Origin: Candidatus Poribacteria bacterium
GTDB taxonomy: Bacteria > Poribacteria > WGA-4E > UBA9662
Direction of reading: 5' to 3'
Assembly: GCA_036339735.1 (NCBI GenBank)
Contig: JAYZAL010000026.1
Span: 24,929 to 88,928, forward strand
DNA: 64,000 bases
Below, piece after piece: positions 29,190-39,291 of the stretch. Each line of letters starts with the position of its first letter. Position 1 is the stretch's first letter. Below the pieces are notes generated by a model. It was not told where the DNA came from and did not search any database. It saw nothing but the letters and a program-made list of their open reading frames with translations. A program made the translations under genes and the position numbers.

Positions 29190-31037
29190 GTGGGACCTAG
29201 AACTGTAATCTTTTGTTTCTGCATTTTCGCTATGTTTAGTTTAATTTGCGAATCTAATCACAATCTTTCTATTGATAAAGTTGAACCACCCAATTGGTGG
29301 GTAGACATGAAATGGAATTGTGTTCAGCTAATGATCTATGGAAAAGGGTTAACTAACATATCAGCCGAATTTCAAAATGATCAGCTCGCAACTACTGTCT
29401 TAAAATCCAGTAATTCCTACGCGTTTGTCCAAGTGAAAATTCCAGATAACCTACCTCCCGCAACCTATCTTCTTGAAATCACCGCATTGGGCCAAAAGGC
29501 CGTAATTGATTTCCCCATTTTATCGAGAGACACCAGTCCGTACCGACACCAGGGTTTTAATAATGCGGACGTCGTTTATTTAATTACGCCGGATCGGTTT
29601 GCCAACGGTGATCTCACTAACGATCTAGCTGATGGAGTCGTCAGTGATTTTGATCCAAACAGCATATCAAAACGACAAGGCGGCGATTTGTCAGGTATTA
29701 TTGATAGACTGCCATATCTACAGGATTTGGGCGTTTCAGTACTTTGGCTAAATCCTGTTTTGGAAAATAATGGAACTAATAGTTATCATGGTTATGCCGC
29801 TACTGACTTATATCGTATTGATCCTCGCTTAGGGAGTAATACTGAATATAAAGAGCTTGTCGATCAGGCACATGCTCACCAAATCAAAATTATTTTTGAT
29901 CATGTTAGTAACCATATTGGTATTGGGCATCCTTGGGTTCAAAATTTACCATCCGAAAATTGGTTGAATGGAAATATCACTGAACATAGTAGTGATAAGC
30001 ATTACATATCATCGATCAATGATCCACATGCAGATCCTAATACAGTGAAACTGCTTCAGTCTTTTTGGTTTGTCGATTCTATGCCAGATCTTAACCAAAG
30101 AAACCCATATTTAGCAAATTATCTAATCCAAAACACTTTATGGTGGATTGAGTTCACTGGGATTGACGGAATCCGTGAGGACACTTACCCATATGCGGAT
30201 CAGGAGTTTTTATCCCGATGGGCTGCAACAATTTTGAGTCAATATCCAAGTTTTAATATTGTGGGAGAGATCTGGACTAATTCACCAGCTTCTGTAGCCA
30301 TGTTTCAAAAAGGAAATTTGTTACATCAGCAAAAAGAGACTAATCTACCATGTGTGATGGATTTCCCTCTGTGTCAGGCATTTCGTCAATATTTGATGGG
30401 GACCGGTAAGTTACAAAATGTTTACGAGGTTCTTGCCCAAGATTTCTTATACTCAGATCCCAACAATTTGCTCACTTTTTTTGATAATCACGATATGCCT
30501 CGCGGTGTGTTTATTGCCAAAGAAAATATTCAAAAGACTAAACAGGTGATAGCAATGCTGTTGACCCTACGTGGCATTCCACAGCTATTATATGGGACAG
30601 AAATTAATATGGTTGGTGGCGAGAGCCATGTACAACTACGAGCTAATTTCCCAGGAGGGTTCCCAAATGATATGCGAAACGCTTTTGATAGAAATGGCCG
30701 AACGGAAGCAGAAAACGATATTTTTACATATTTGAGAAAGTTATTGGAAGTTAGAAAAAGGGTTTCTCCTCTGACTACCGGCAAACTAATTCACTATCCG
30801 CCCAATTATCATAACGATGTTTACAAGTATCTTCGGATCAGCGAGGAAGAAATAGTACTAGTTATTATCAATGGCCACGATGAGAAAAGACAAGTTGACC
30901 TTTCTGAATTGGCTCACTGGTTTGATACAGAATCTAGATTTGTCAATTTGATTACTGACCAAATTTGTACGATTAGTTTCACCGAAAAGCTTGTGGTAAC
31001 AAGTTGGCAGACACTAATTCTGCATCAAAGACCTTAA
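29190..31037 (+). CDS. GH13 cyclomaltodextrinase/neopullulanase (SusA-like)
   Basis: KVEPPNWW, YLITPDRFANGD, SYHGY, DHVSNH, DGIREDT, VGEIW, DNHD. Signal peptide. Confidence 0.9.
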   Translation: MGPRTVIFCFCIFAMFSLICESNHNLSIDKVEPPNWWVDMKWNCVQLMIYGKGLTNISAEFQNDQLATTVLKSSNSYAFVQVKIPDNLPPATYLLEITALGQKAVIDFPILSRDTSPYRHQGFNNADVVYLITPDRFANGDLTNDLADGVVSDFDPNSISKRQGGDLSGIIDRLPYLQDLGVSVLWLNPVLENNGTNSYHGYAATDLYRIDPRLGSNTEYKELVDQAHAHQIKIIFDHVSNHIGIGHPWVQNLPSENWLNGNITEHSSDKHYISSINDPHADPNTVKLLQSFWFVDSMPDLNQRNPYLANYLIQNTLWWIEFTGIDGIREDTYPYADQEFLSRWAATILSQYPSFNIVGEIWTNSPASVAMFQKGNLLHQQKETNLPCVMDFPLCQAFRQYLMGTGKLQNVYEVLAQDFLYSDPNNLLTFFDNHDMPRGVFIAKENIQKTKQVIAMLLTLRGIPQLLYGTEINMVGGESHVQLRANFPGGFPNDMRNAFDRNGRTEAENDIFTYLRKLLEVRKRVSPLTTGKLIHYPPNYHNDVYKYLRISEEEIVLVIINGHDEKRQVDLSELAHWFDTESRFVNLITDQICTISFTEKLVVTSWQTLILHQRP

Positions 31038-31346
31038 TAAAATAACTGATAATATTGTCATCTTCGTGATTACGATTTGATTTGACGAATTTGCCCATGT
31101 ATCCTTCAGAAAGTAAAATTGTGTGTTTTAGTTTTTTTCTGTGGTAACTTATTTGGGCTTTTCGGACTGACTTATAAAAACCAAGCACAAAATAATGTCG
31201 TTCCATGAGCAGACATACGCCGAAAACTATAATAAATTGACTACTCAGCTTGTAACTGCTGGAGCACATAATCCGCGTAGTAGGGTAAATCTTAGATTCA
31301 GACTGACATATGAATCCATGTAATTCAAGATACTATTAGATAGAGT

Positions 31347-34103
31347 ATGAAGAATAATCAGTTAACCAACAGTCGATGGATAAAATTATTGCTTGTCGGT
31401 CTGTTTCTGTTAATTCTGAACAGTGCTTACCTGATCAGCTTTGGTAGCCCTAACCTTTTTTATATCGGTAACGTGCTACTTCATATTTCTCTCGGTCTAG
31501 TTCTGACTATTATTTCATCACTACTGCTAATCAACTGGTGGCCAATTTATGTTCGTAAGCATTTTGGCTTCTGGCGATTTGGTCATTTACTCCTCGCAGT
31601 TGCAATCATCTCTGGTGTTTGGCTGATGATTGTCGGTGGTACGCGCCCCAATCGCTGGCTTTTACTAACCCACATCATCACAGCTTCGTTTAGTGTTCTA
31701 TTTCTACTGAGTTACCTCATCCTGATTTTGAAGTTTTGGGTAAAACCATCTACAATAGTTCTATTAACTTCCATATTATTTCCGTTGGGTATGTTGTTAT
31801 TCCGTCAATACTTGCCTAACCCAGACTATCTAGTCAAAAATCCGACTGAAAATATACCAACTAGCATGTATGAAGAAGGAGGAGGCTCTAGCAGTCCTTT
31901 TTTTCCTTCTTCTGCAGAAACTGACACGGGGCAATTAATTCCAACCAACTTTTTCTTGACTTCAGAAACTTGTTCTGCCAAAGGCTGTCATACCGACATA
32001 TATAATCAGTGGCATCAGTCTGCCCATCACTTTTCGTCTTTTAATAACCAATGGTATCAGAAGTCAATCACGTATATGCAAGATGTAAATGGTATTCAAT
32101 CGTCTAAGTGGTGCGCTGGTTGCCACGATCTAGCGGTTTTATTCAATGGTGTTATGGATCAACCAATCCGAGAAAATTTGCACAGGCCTGAAGCTCAAGC
32201 AGGTTTAGCCTGTACAGCCTGTCATTCGATTGAAAGAGTTAAGGACACTATGGGAAATGGAGGTTATGTAATTAAGTATCCACCTTTGCACGAGGTAGCA
32301 GCAAGTAAAAACCCAATTGTCCGGAAACTACATAATTACTTAATACGACTCGACCCTGAGCCACATCGCCGTAGCTTTTTAAAACCATTTCATCGAGAAA
32401 ACTCAGCTGAATTTTGTTCAACTTGTCATAAAGTACACTTAGATGAACCAGTGAATAATTTCCGCTGGTTCCGTGGGTTTAATACTTATGATCAATGGCA
32501 AACTAGTGGCGTATCTCATCAAGGCGCTTTGTCTTTCTATTATCCCGAGAAAGCATTGGATTGTGTAGATTGCCACATGCCTTTAGTTGATTCACAGGAT
32601 GCTGGTAATGTTAAAGGTAGAATCCATAGCCACCGATTCCCAGCCGCCAATACAGCATTACCCTTTGTGAATCATCACCAAGAACAATTAGAAGCTGTAA
32701 CTGCATTCTTAAAGGACGATCAGGTAACAGTAGATATTTTTGCTCTTAATCGTAAAGGCAAGACAACCCAAATTGAAGAAGCTGTATTGCAGCCTGGAGA
32801 GGAGGTACGAATTGATGTGGTCGTCAGAACTCGAAAAGTCGGTCATCGCTTTCCAGCTGGTACGATTGACGCTTTCGACATTTGGTTAGAACTGAAAGCA
32901 GTAGACGAGAATGGAGTGGTAGTGTTTTGGAGCGGTTATATCGAGGCAGAAGATGGTAATGGTCCGGTTGACTCCAGTGCTCATTTTTACAAATCTCATA
33001 TGATTGATGCTCATGGAAACCCGATTAACAAACGAAATGCTTGGGCTACACGAACAGTTTTGTACAATCGAACTATTCCACCTGGTGCGGCGGATACAGT
33101 TCGTTTTAAGCTAAAAGTGCCAGAAAATAGTACAGGAAAAATAAATTTTCAAGCTAAATTGAATTATCGAAAATTCAACTGGTGGCACACTCAATGGGCT
33201 TACGCGGGTATTCGCGACCCCAATGATACTGATTTTGATTTAGACAAATCCTACGATGACGGGAAATGGGTCTTCACTGGAGACACATCCAAAGTAGCGG
33301 GTAAAATCAAACAGATTCCTAATTTACCAATTGTAGTTATGGCAGAGGATAAGATTTCAATTCCAGTGGGAAGTACATTTACAACGCCAAGCTTGAATCA
33401 ATCACCTACAAACAACATTCGTGAACGATGGAACGATTATGGTATTGGTCTTTTACTGCAAGGAGATCTGAAATACGCAGAAAAAGCATTTATAAAAGTA
33501 ACAGAACTTGAACCCGATTATATGGATGGCTGGGTCAATGTCGCTCGCTGTAGAATTTCAGAGGGTGATATTGCTGGAGCTAAGGAAATGCTGAAAAAAG
33601 CTTTTGTCATTCAAAAAGGCTTGGCTTCTACTGACCCAAATCGAGCTAAAGTTCATTATTTTTATGCTCTGTCTTTGAAGCCACACGGCCTGTACGACGA
33701 AGCACTCGAGCACTTACAAAAAGCAGCAGATCAATTCCCACGAGATAAAAAAGTAAGGAATGAAATAGGCCGACTATATTATCTGAAGAGAGAATATGAT
33801 CAGGCTATCATTGAGCTGAAGAAAACCTTGGAAGTTGACCCTGAAAACCTAGATGCTCATTATAACCTGATGTTGTGTTACCGAGCCGTCGGAAACAAGA
33901 TCGAGGCTGTGACGGCACAAAAGCTTTACTTACGTTTTAAAGCCGATGAGTCGGTTGATCAAATCACTGGTTTGGCACGACGAGCGGACCCAGACGCCAA
34001 CCGAGAGCGACAGCCTATCCACGAACATACCTCAAATTATATCTCAGCCAGAACTTCGGCTTCTCTTTCCGAGCAATCCCCATTAGCGCAAAACTACGAT
34101 TAG
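31347..34103 (+). CDS. Membrane-anchored multiheme c-type cytochrome with C-terminal TPR repeats
   Basis: About 5 N-terminal TM helices, heme motifs CAGCH, CTACH, CSTCH, CVDCH plus CSAKGCH, and C-terminal TPRs. Confidence 0.85.
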   Translation: MKNNQLTNSRWIKLLLVGLFLLILNSAYLISFGSPNLFYIGNVLLHISLGLVLTIISSLLLINWWPIYVRKHFGFWRFGHLLLAVAIISGVWLMIVGGTRPNRWLLLTHIITASFSVLFLLSYLILILKFWVKPSTIVLLTSILFPLGMLLFRQYLPNPDYLVKNPTENIPTSMYEEGGGSSSPFFPSSAETDTGQLIPTNFFLTSETCSAKGCHTDIYNQWHQSAHHFSSFNNQWYQKSITYMQDVNGIQSSKWCAGCHDLAVLFNGVMDQPIRENLHRPEAQAGLACTACHSIERVKDTMGNGGYVIKYPPLHEVAASKNPIVRKLHNYLIRLDPEPHRRSFLKPFHRENSAEFCSTCHKVHLDEPVNNFRWFRGFNTYDQWQTSGVSHQGALSFYYPEKALDCVDCHMPLVDSQDAGNVKGRIHSHRFPAANTALPFVNHHQEQLEAVTAFLKDDQVTVDIFALNRKGKTTQIEEAVLQPGEEVRIDVVVRTRKVGHRFPAGTIDAFDIWLELKAVDENGVVVFWSGYIEAEDGNGPVDSSAHFYKSHMIDAHGNPINKRNAWATRTVLYNRTIPPGAADTVRFKLKVPENSTGKINFQAKLNYRKFNWWHTQWAYAGIRDPNDTDFDLDKSYDDGKWVFTGDTSKVAGKIKQIPNLPIVVMAEDKISIPVGSTFTTPSLNQSPTNNIRERWNDYGIGLLLQGDLKYAEKAFIKVTELEPDYMDGWVNVARCRISEGDIAGAKEMLKKAFVIQKGLASTDPNRAKVHYFYALSLKPHGLYDEALEHLQKAADQFPRDKKVRNEIGRLYYLKREYDQAIIELKKTLEVDPENLDAHYNLMLCYRAVGNKIEAVTAQKLYLRFKADESVDQITGLARRADPDANRERQPIHEHTSNYISARTSASLSEQSPLAQNYD

Positions 34104-35053
34104 CTATCAAGCAAGCAGTGTAAGCAATGTTGCCAATATTGTTTGATATAGTCTTGGGTGGGAGCTGGCAAATCGGAGAAAAGATGATCTACCCATTTCG
34201 ATAGTTCGGTTCCGGTTTCAGCTTCGATTGATCGCTTCTCCGGTAGAGATAAGGAACAATGAGTCTTTTGGTATTTTTCTGAAGCTTTGTTATCGAAATC
34301 CACAACTTCAAATAATAAAAGATTGATGATCAACGCTGAAGTAATTCGTTTAGGCTCATCGAGTTCACCGTCGCTTATTCGGTGGCTAGAAAAAAGCTGT
34401 AGTTTTGGTAATGATCGAAAATAAACCAGTCTATGAAAGAGGTTATCTATTTGTTGATTTGCAACATTAAGATCTAATAAATGAGAAATTGGCCGAGGAC
34501 TGATTTGCAGTCCACACAGAGCTACCTCCGCTTTCTGAATAGTAATCTGTTCTTCTTCTAAATTTTCCAAAAAATCGGTTTCGTAAGCATTATAGCAAAG
34601 GATCGGTTTTAGATCGATAATGGTTTTTGGAATTTCCTCTAGGGTTGGTGGACAAAGCCGGCAAGACTCAATGGTTTTAGTCGCTCTTTGTTTTAATTGT
34701 GTGATTAAAGTATTACCAATCTGAAAAAATTTCACCAACGGATTTTTACTTATCAGGTCAGGCGCTTTATCAATATTCTGGTTGGTCGCGTAGTCCAAAC
34801 CTAAACTTAGAAACCGAATGCCCTGCTCAACAGCTTTTTGAAGACCTCGAGCTCCAAAGTCGGTTGTTCGCATTTTAATCAATTTGTGAGATATTTGGAT
34901 CACTTGATCTTGAATCTGGTCAGCGAGGGAACGAGAGATTTGCCCCGACAGAACACCATTGCGGATAACACGGTGGAGGAAAAGCGAGTCACCGTCATTT
35001 GGCTCAAGCAACTGTAATGACTCTAATTTATTCTGATTCTGGCTCAACATCAA
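34100..35053 (-). CDS. Hypothetical protein resembling the C-terminal half of DUF6178
   Basis: FLSLGLD......A..LI...PLVKFFQIG motif; all-helical. Confidence 0.5.
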   Translation of the reverse strand: MMLSQNQNKLESLQLLEPNDGDSLFLHRVIRNGVLSGQISRSLADQIQDQVIQISHKLIKMRTTDFGARGLQKAVEQGIRFLSLGLDYATNQNIDKAPDLISKNPLVKFFQIGNTLITQLKQRATKTIESCRLCPPTLEEIPKTIIDLKPILCYNAYETDFLENLEEEQITIQKAEVALCGLQISPRPISHLLDLNVANQQIDNLFHRLVYFRSLPKLQLFSSHRISDGELDEPKRITSALIINLLLFEVVDFDNKASEKYQKTHCSLSLPEKRSIEAETGTELSKWVDHLFSDLPAPTQDYIKQYWQHCLHCLLDS

Positions 35054-35813
35054 CCAAATCTAGCTGATTTAGATCAACCTGTTGTTGCAGTTGTTCTTCT
35101 GTGACTCTGATCCCGGTAGATTGATCTCTATCTTCTACTCTTACTTCTCTTTCAGATTGAATTTGTATCAGCCGTTGGCTCGAACTTCTGGGGTCGGATT
35201 GATTGAGATCAAATATTTCGCTCATCAAGCGGATGAACAACTCATAGTCAGCCTCCCAAACCGCATAACATATTCCACGCGTTCGCTCATCTTCATAGCT
35301 AATTAGTTCAGATGTCGGATTTATCAAGCCGGTTTGTATTTGCAAAGCTCGAAACTCACCCTCAATTTCGACTCGGCTACGTATCATCTCAGCTAAAACA
35401 GTTACATCGATTTGGTAAAGGAAATCAGCTAATTCTTCTGAATCAATATTCATCATTTCGAACAGCCAAAAATCAAGTGCATCTTCATCTAGTTGTCCAT
35501 CTTTCCATAGGGCGACATCCATGATTTCTTCAAATTGTTCCGCAGAAACACAAGACAACATAACCGAAGACAGGCCGGTTCCTAAGTGTAAATTCAGAAC
35601 TTGTAAGATGTCTTCAGCTGAACTAGACTGAACCAGCTCAGTACAATCAGGAACTAACTCATATAAAGACTCTTTCTCGCGGGGGGTCTGGGCATTGGAA
35701 ATCAAAGCTAACTGGTGATCAGTAGTATAGCTTTGGAATAACATTTCTGCGTGGCGGGTTGGAAGTCGAAAAAGCTCTTGTGTTTCTTGGTTTAGATCGA
35801 CAAGCATCTCCAT
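35028..35813 (-). CDS. Acidic hypothetical protein resembling the N-terminal half of DUF6178
   Basis: L.PD..ELVQ, S.EQF....D...W.DG.LD.....FWL pattern. Confidence 0.55.
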   Translation of the reverse strand: MEMLVDLNQETQELFRLPTRHAEMLFQSYTTDHQLALISNAQTPREKESLYELVPDCTELVQSSSAEDILQVLNLHLGTGLSSVMLSCVSAEQFEEIMDVALWKDGQLDEDALDFWLFEMMNIDSEELADFLYQIDVTVLAEMIRSRVEIEGEFRALQIQTGLINPTSELISYEDERTRGICYAVWEADYELFIRLMSEIFDLNQSDPRSSSQRLIQIQSEREVRVEDRDQSTGIRVTEEQLQQQVDLNQLDLVDVEPESE

Positions 35814-35974
35814 AATAATTACAACAGCCCTCTGTTCTCAGAACGGCCCTAATTCTAGCATAATTTTTCCACCGATGCCTGTTTTTTGTCTTTTTACTGA
35901 CAATGGGCTAGAGTTCGAGGAGACGTGATACAATAGGCTAAATTTTTTAAAGCATAGGCCAGAAGAGATCTTTA

Positions 35975-36574
35975 ATGAATTTTCTAGCTCACCTATTTCT
36001 ATCTGAAGAAGACCCCGAAATTATGGTCGGTAACTTCATCGCTGACATGGTTAAGGGAAACAGCTTTTTAGGATACCCAAGTACTATTGGCAAAGGTATT
36101 AGAATACATAGAAGCATTGATAAATTCACTGATAGCCACCCGACAGTTCAACTTAGTAAAAAGCGCTTACGCCCGAAGTATCGGAAATATGCAGGAGTTA
36201 TTGTAGATATGTTCTACGATCACTTACTCGCTGTTGATTGGCACACTTACTCACCGATTCCTTTAGCTAGTTTTGCTGAGAAAGCTTACAAAACTCTTGG
36301 CAGCTACCAAGCGCTAATGCCACTTCGTGGCCAGCGTACCCTATTCTACATGCAAAAAGGAAATTGGTTGGTTAGTTACGCTGAACTATCAGGGATCAGC
36401 CAAGCTTTGGGTGGTCTTTCTAACCGGACTCGATACAAGTCAGGAATGGAACGATCGATAAATGATCTGCAATCTGATTATTCAGCTTATCGAAATGAAT
36501 TCTCTAGTTTTTTTCCTGAGTTAATCGAATTCAACCGATTGGAGTTGAATAAAATTCTAAGCGGAGCCAGTTAA
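35975..36574 (+). CDS. acpH: Acyl carrier protein phosphodiesterase
   Basis: MNFLAHLFLS, GNFIADMVKG, HRSIDKFTDSH, DMFYDHLLA. Confidence 0.9.
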   Translation: MNFLAHLFLSEEDPEIMVGNFIADMVKGNSFLGYPSTIGKGIRIHRSIDKFTDSHPTVQLSKKRLRPKYRKYAGVIVDMFYDHLLAVDWHTYSPIPLASFAEKAYKTLGSYQALMPLRGQRTLFYMQKGNWLVSYAELSGISQALGGLSNRTRYKSGMERSINDLQSDYSAYRNEFSSFFPELIEFNRLELNKILSGAS

Positions 36575-38166
36575 GAACTGCAGGATAAGGTCGAGCACCC
36601 AGGTCGGTTCCGGGCCCATTCTGGCCGTTTAGTGGCGTAGTCGTTTTGGTTAGGTTGTTCATCGTATGGATACTGTAACAATTTCAAGAGTTCCTCGATA
36701 AACACGTGGTTTCCATTTTCTGCTTCTTCGATGGCCGTTTGGGCCAGATAGTTCCTTAGAACATATTTCGGGTTAACACGGTTCATCTTATCTCGCCGAA
36801 CTCTATTAGACACTCCTTCTTGATTTACTTGCTTAATGTAATCAGAAAGCCATTGACCAATTTCATGTACAATGTCGTCTGTAAGTTCTTCGGGCTGGTA
36901 GTAGGCACTAATTAGTGGTTCCATAAGTTCTCGATAGTTTATATCGGGAACCGGTATCTTCTCAGCGTCAATCATGGCTAGCTGGCGATAGAAAATAGTC
37001 ATATCAGTTTCAGCTAGGGCCAGGATTTTTGGGAGTTGAGTTATTAGTTTTTTGTTTGGCCGGTCTAAACCCAGTTTCCGGGTCATCATTGATTCCCAGC
37101 CTGACTCAAATATCTGCTTGTAACTATCAAGTGCGTTCAATAGCGGTTCTTTTTCCTGAGTTAAACAGTAAATCGATTGGGCTAATTGGGCGAGATTCCA
37201 ATGAGCAATGTGCGGTTGATTGCCAAAACAGTAACGTCGGCCGTGTGCATCGGTGGTATTTGGTGTCCACTTAGGATCATAGTTATCCAACCATCCGTAG
37301 GGTCCATAGTCGATGGTTAAACCCAAAATTGACATATTGTCCGTATTCATTACTCCGTGCACAAACCCAACTCTCATCCATTCGATTATTAACTCAGCTG
37401 TTAATTGGCAAACTTGCTTGAACCAATCAATATAAATTTCCGCTGATGGCCTCCCTAAATGGGGGAAATCAGTTTGAATTGTGTAGTCAACCAATTGTTT
37501 CAAAATATTAGTTTCGCCACGAGCTGCAAATATTTGAAAGCTGCCGAATCGGGTGAATGTAGGAGACACCCGGCAGACGACTGCTCCTGGCTCCATTTTA
37601 GGGTTTCCATCATAAAACATGTCCCGAAGTACCGTTTCGCCAGTGGTAATCAGACTCAAAGCTCGAGTAGTTGGAATACCAAGATGATGCATAGCTTCAC
37701 TGCACAGAAATTCACGAATAGAAGATCGTAGGACAGCCAAACCATCTGCTTGACGGGAATATGGTGTAGGTCCAGCTCCCTTGAGTTGCAAAGCCCAACG
37801 ATCTCCACTTTGGTTAACTATTTCACCGAGATTGATCGCTCTCCCATCACCTAATTGGCCAGCCCAATTTCCAAATTGATGGCCGCCATAACAGGTAGCG
37901 TAAGGTTGCATACCTGATAGTAATCGGTTGCCTGACATAGTTTGCACGAAGTCGGGTGAATGGCAGGCTTGTGAACTCAGATCGAGTAAGTTTGCTACTT
38001 GCGGGGAATACGCAACCAATTGGGGGTTTGTAACTGATTTCGGTTTCACATAAGAGAAGCAGGCACCTTCGACTTGACGACAGAAGTTATCAGCTTCCGG
38101 GTCAGAGGGTAATTCTCTGGTGAACCGATTATCAAACTTTAGCTGCTGTAGTTCGTAATACATCAT
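36571..38166 (-). CDS. selO: Protein adenylyltransferase SelO (YdiU)
   Basis: YGGHQFG..AGQLGDGRA, QLKGAG.TPYSR..DG.AVLRSSIRE, HGVMNTDN, IDYGPYG, NPKYVLRNY, C-terminal CSTLSCSS. Confidence 0.95.
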   Translation of the reverse strand: MMYYELQQLKFDNRFTRELPSDPEADNFCRQVEGACFSYVKPKSVTNPQLVAYSPQVANLLDLSSQACHSPDFVQTMSGNRLLSGMQPYATCYGGHQFGNWAGQLGDGRAINLGEIVNQSGDRWALQLKGAGPTPYSRQADGLAVLRSSIREFLCSEAMHHLGIPTTRALSLITTGETVLRDMFYDGNPKMEPGAVVCRVSPTFTRFGSFQIFAARGETNILKQLVDYTIQTDFPHLGRPSAEIYIDWFKQVCQLTAELIIEWMRVGFVHGVMNTDNMSILGLTIDYGPYGWLDNYDPKWTPNTTDAHGRRYCFGNQPHIAHWNLAQLAQSIYCLTQEKEPLLNALDSYKQIFESGWESMMTRKLGLDRPNKKLITQLPKILALAETDMTIFYRQLAMIDAEKIPVPDINYRELMEPLISAYYQPEELTDDIVHEIGQWLSDYIKQVNQEGVSNRVRRDKMNRVNPKYVLRNYLAQTAIEEAENGNHVFIEELLKLLQYPYDEQPNQNDYATKRPEWARNRPGCSTLSCSS

Positions 38167-38206
38167 CTGTTCCTTTTTTATTATTCCAATCTAAAAACCA
38201 ATTTGG

Positions 38207-39223
38207 CTAAAGCTCAAGAATCATTACCCACATTGGATTTTTGCCCAAGTATTGACTACGAAGAAAAGTTAACAGACCAGTTTCGGGATCAATTTGATAG
38301 GTGGCTAATTTGCCAGAACCTTGACCTGCAGCAAAAAGGAAGCTACCACTTGGGTCGAGGTTAAATGTTCTGGGTATGGGTTCGGTTTCTTGCCTACCAA
38401 TAGCTATTAAATTTTCGCCATCATCCGAAACCGAAAAAATAGCGATGCTGTCGTGCCCTCGATTAGCAACATACAGAAATTTACCACTTGGGTGAAGGTG
38501 GATTTGAGCACATGTGTTCTCTTCTCCAAATTTATCAGGTAGGGTCGAAAGAGTCTGATTGGCTTTCAAACTTCCATCGTCAGGATTAAACTGGTAAGTG
38601 GTTACGCTGGAACCATTCTCGTTTGCTACATAGATTACATTTTTATCGGGGTGATAGCAGTAATGACGAGGCCCATCCCCGTCGCCAGCTTTTATGATGG
38701 GAACAGGATTAGGATGAAGTTGGCCAGTTTTTACAGAAAATAAAAATTGATAAATCGAGTTAGGTTCGACAGTATGAGGCACGAAGGCGTAGCGATTACT
38801 AGAATCAGTAATTATACAATGTGCATGTTTGGCAGTATCAATCCAGCAAGCCGGTTGAGCATGTACTGTTTTGTCGTCATTAAGCGGATTGGAAGCAACT
38901 CCACCGGCACCATAGTAGGCAGACAATAAGTATCTATCTGTGCGATCTAGAGCGATATAACAAGGGTTAGAAGGAAGCTTGGTTTGGCCAATAAAGCTGA
39001 GATTGCCACTGGGAGCATCGAGACAAAATGTGGCAACTTGCTCGGTCGAGCGAAGCCCTGCGTAAAAATGTCGTTTTGTCCCATCAACGGTCAGTGGACC
39101 CGGGGTCCCGTCGACAGTTACTGTTTGGCAAAGTGTTAAATCACCTGTGTCAATGTCCATTTTGTGGACTAAAATTTTTTTCTCATTAGCGATGGAAAAA
39201 TAAGCGAAATATGGCATACCCAA
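38207..39223 (-). CDS. pgl: Lactonase family seven-bladed propeller (6-phosphogluconolactonase-like)
   Basis: HAHC, GPRH, YVANE, FLYVANRGHDSIA, PRTFNLDP.G. Probable ATG at 39217. Confidence 0.8.
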   Translation of the reverse strand: MGMPYFAYFSIANEKKILVHKMDIDTGDLTLCQTVTVDGTPGPLTVDGTKRHFYAGLRSTEQVATFCLDAPSGNLSFIGQTKLPSNPCYIALDRTDRYLLSAYYGAGGVASNPLNDDKTVHAQPACWIDTAKHAHCIITDSSNRYAFVPHTVEPNSIYQFLFSVKTGQLHPNPVPIIKAGDGDGPRHYCYHPDKNVIYVANENGSSVTTYQFNPDDGSLKANQTLSTLPDKFGEENTCAQIHLHPSGKFLYVANRGHDSIAIFSVSDDGENLIAIGRQETEPIPRTFNLDPSGSFLFAAGQGSGKLATYQIDPETGLLTFLRSQYLGKNPMWVMILEL

Positions 39224-39291
39224 CTCCTTCGATTCGTTCGTGTTTTTCTCTTAGAACAAATTAAATTACGGTCAGAGATACGATTTTTCTA

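Noticed and set aside
30979-31269. 96-aa minus-strand ORF
   Set aside because: No recognisable motif or Shine-Dalgarno, overlaps the GH13 3' end, and lies in an AT-rich spacer; probably spurious.
36571-36600. Selenocysteine at the SelO C-terminus
   Set aside because: The terminal motif is encoded with Cys codons and ends at TAA; there is no in-frame TGA.
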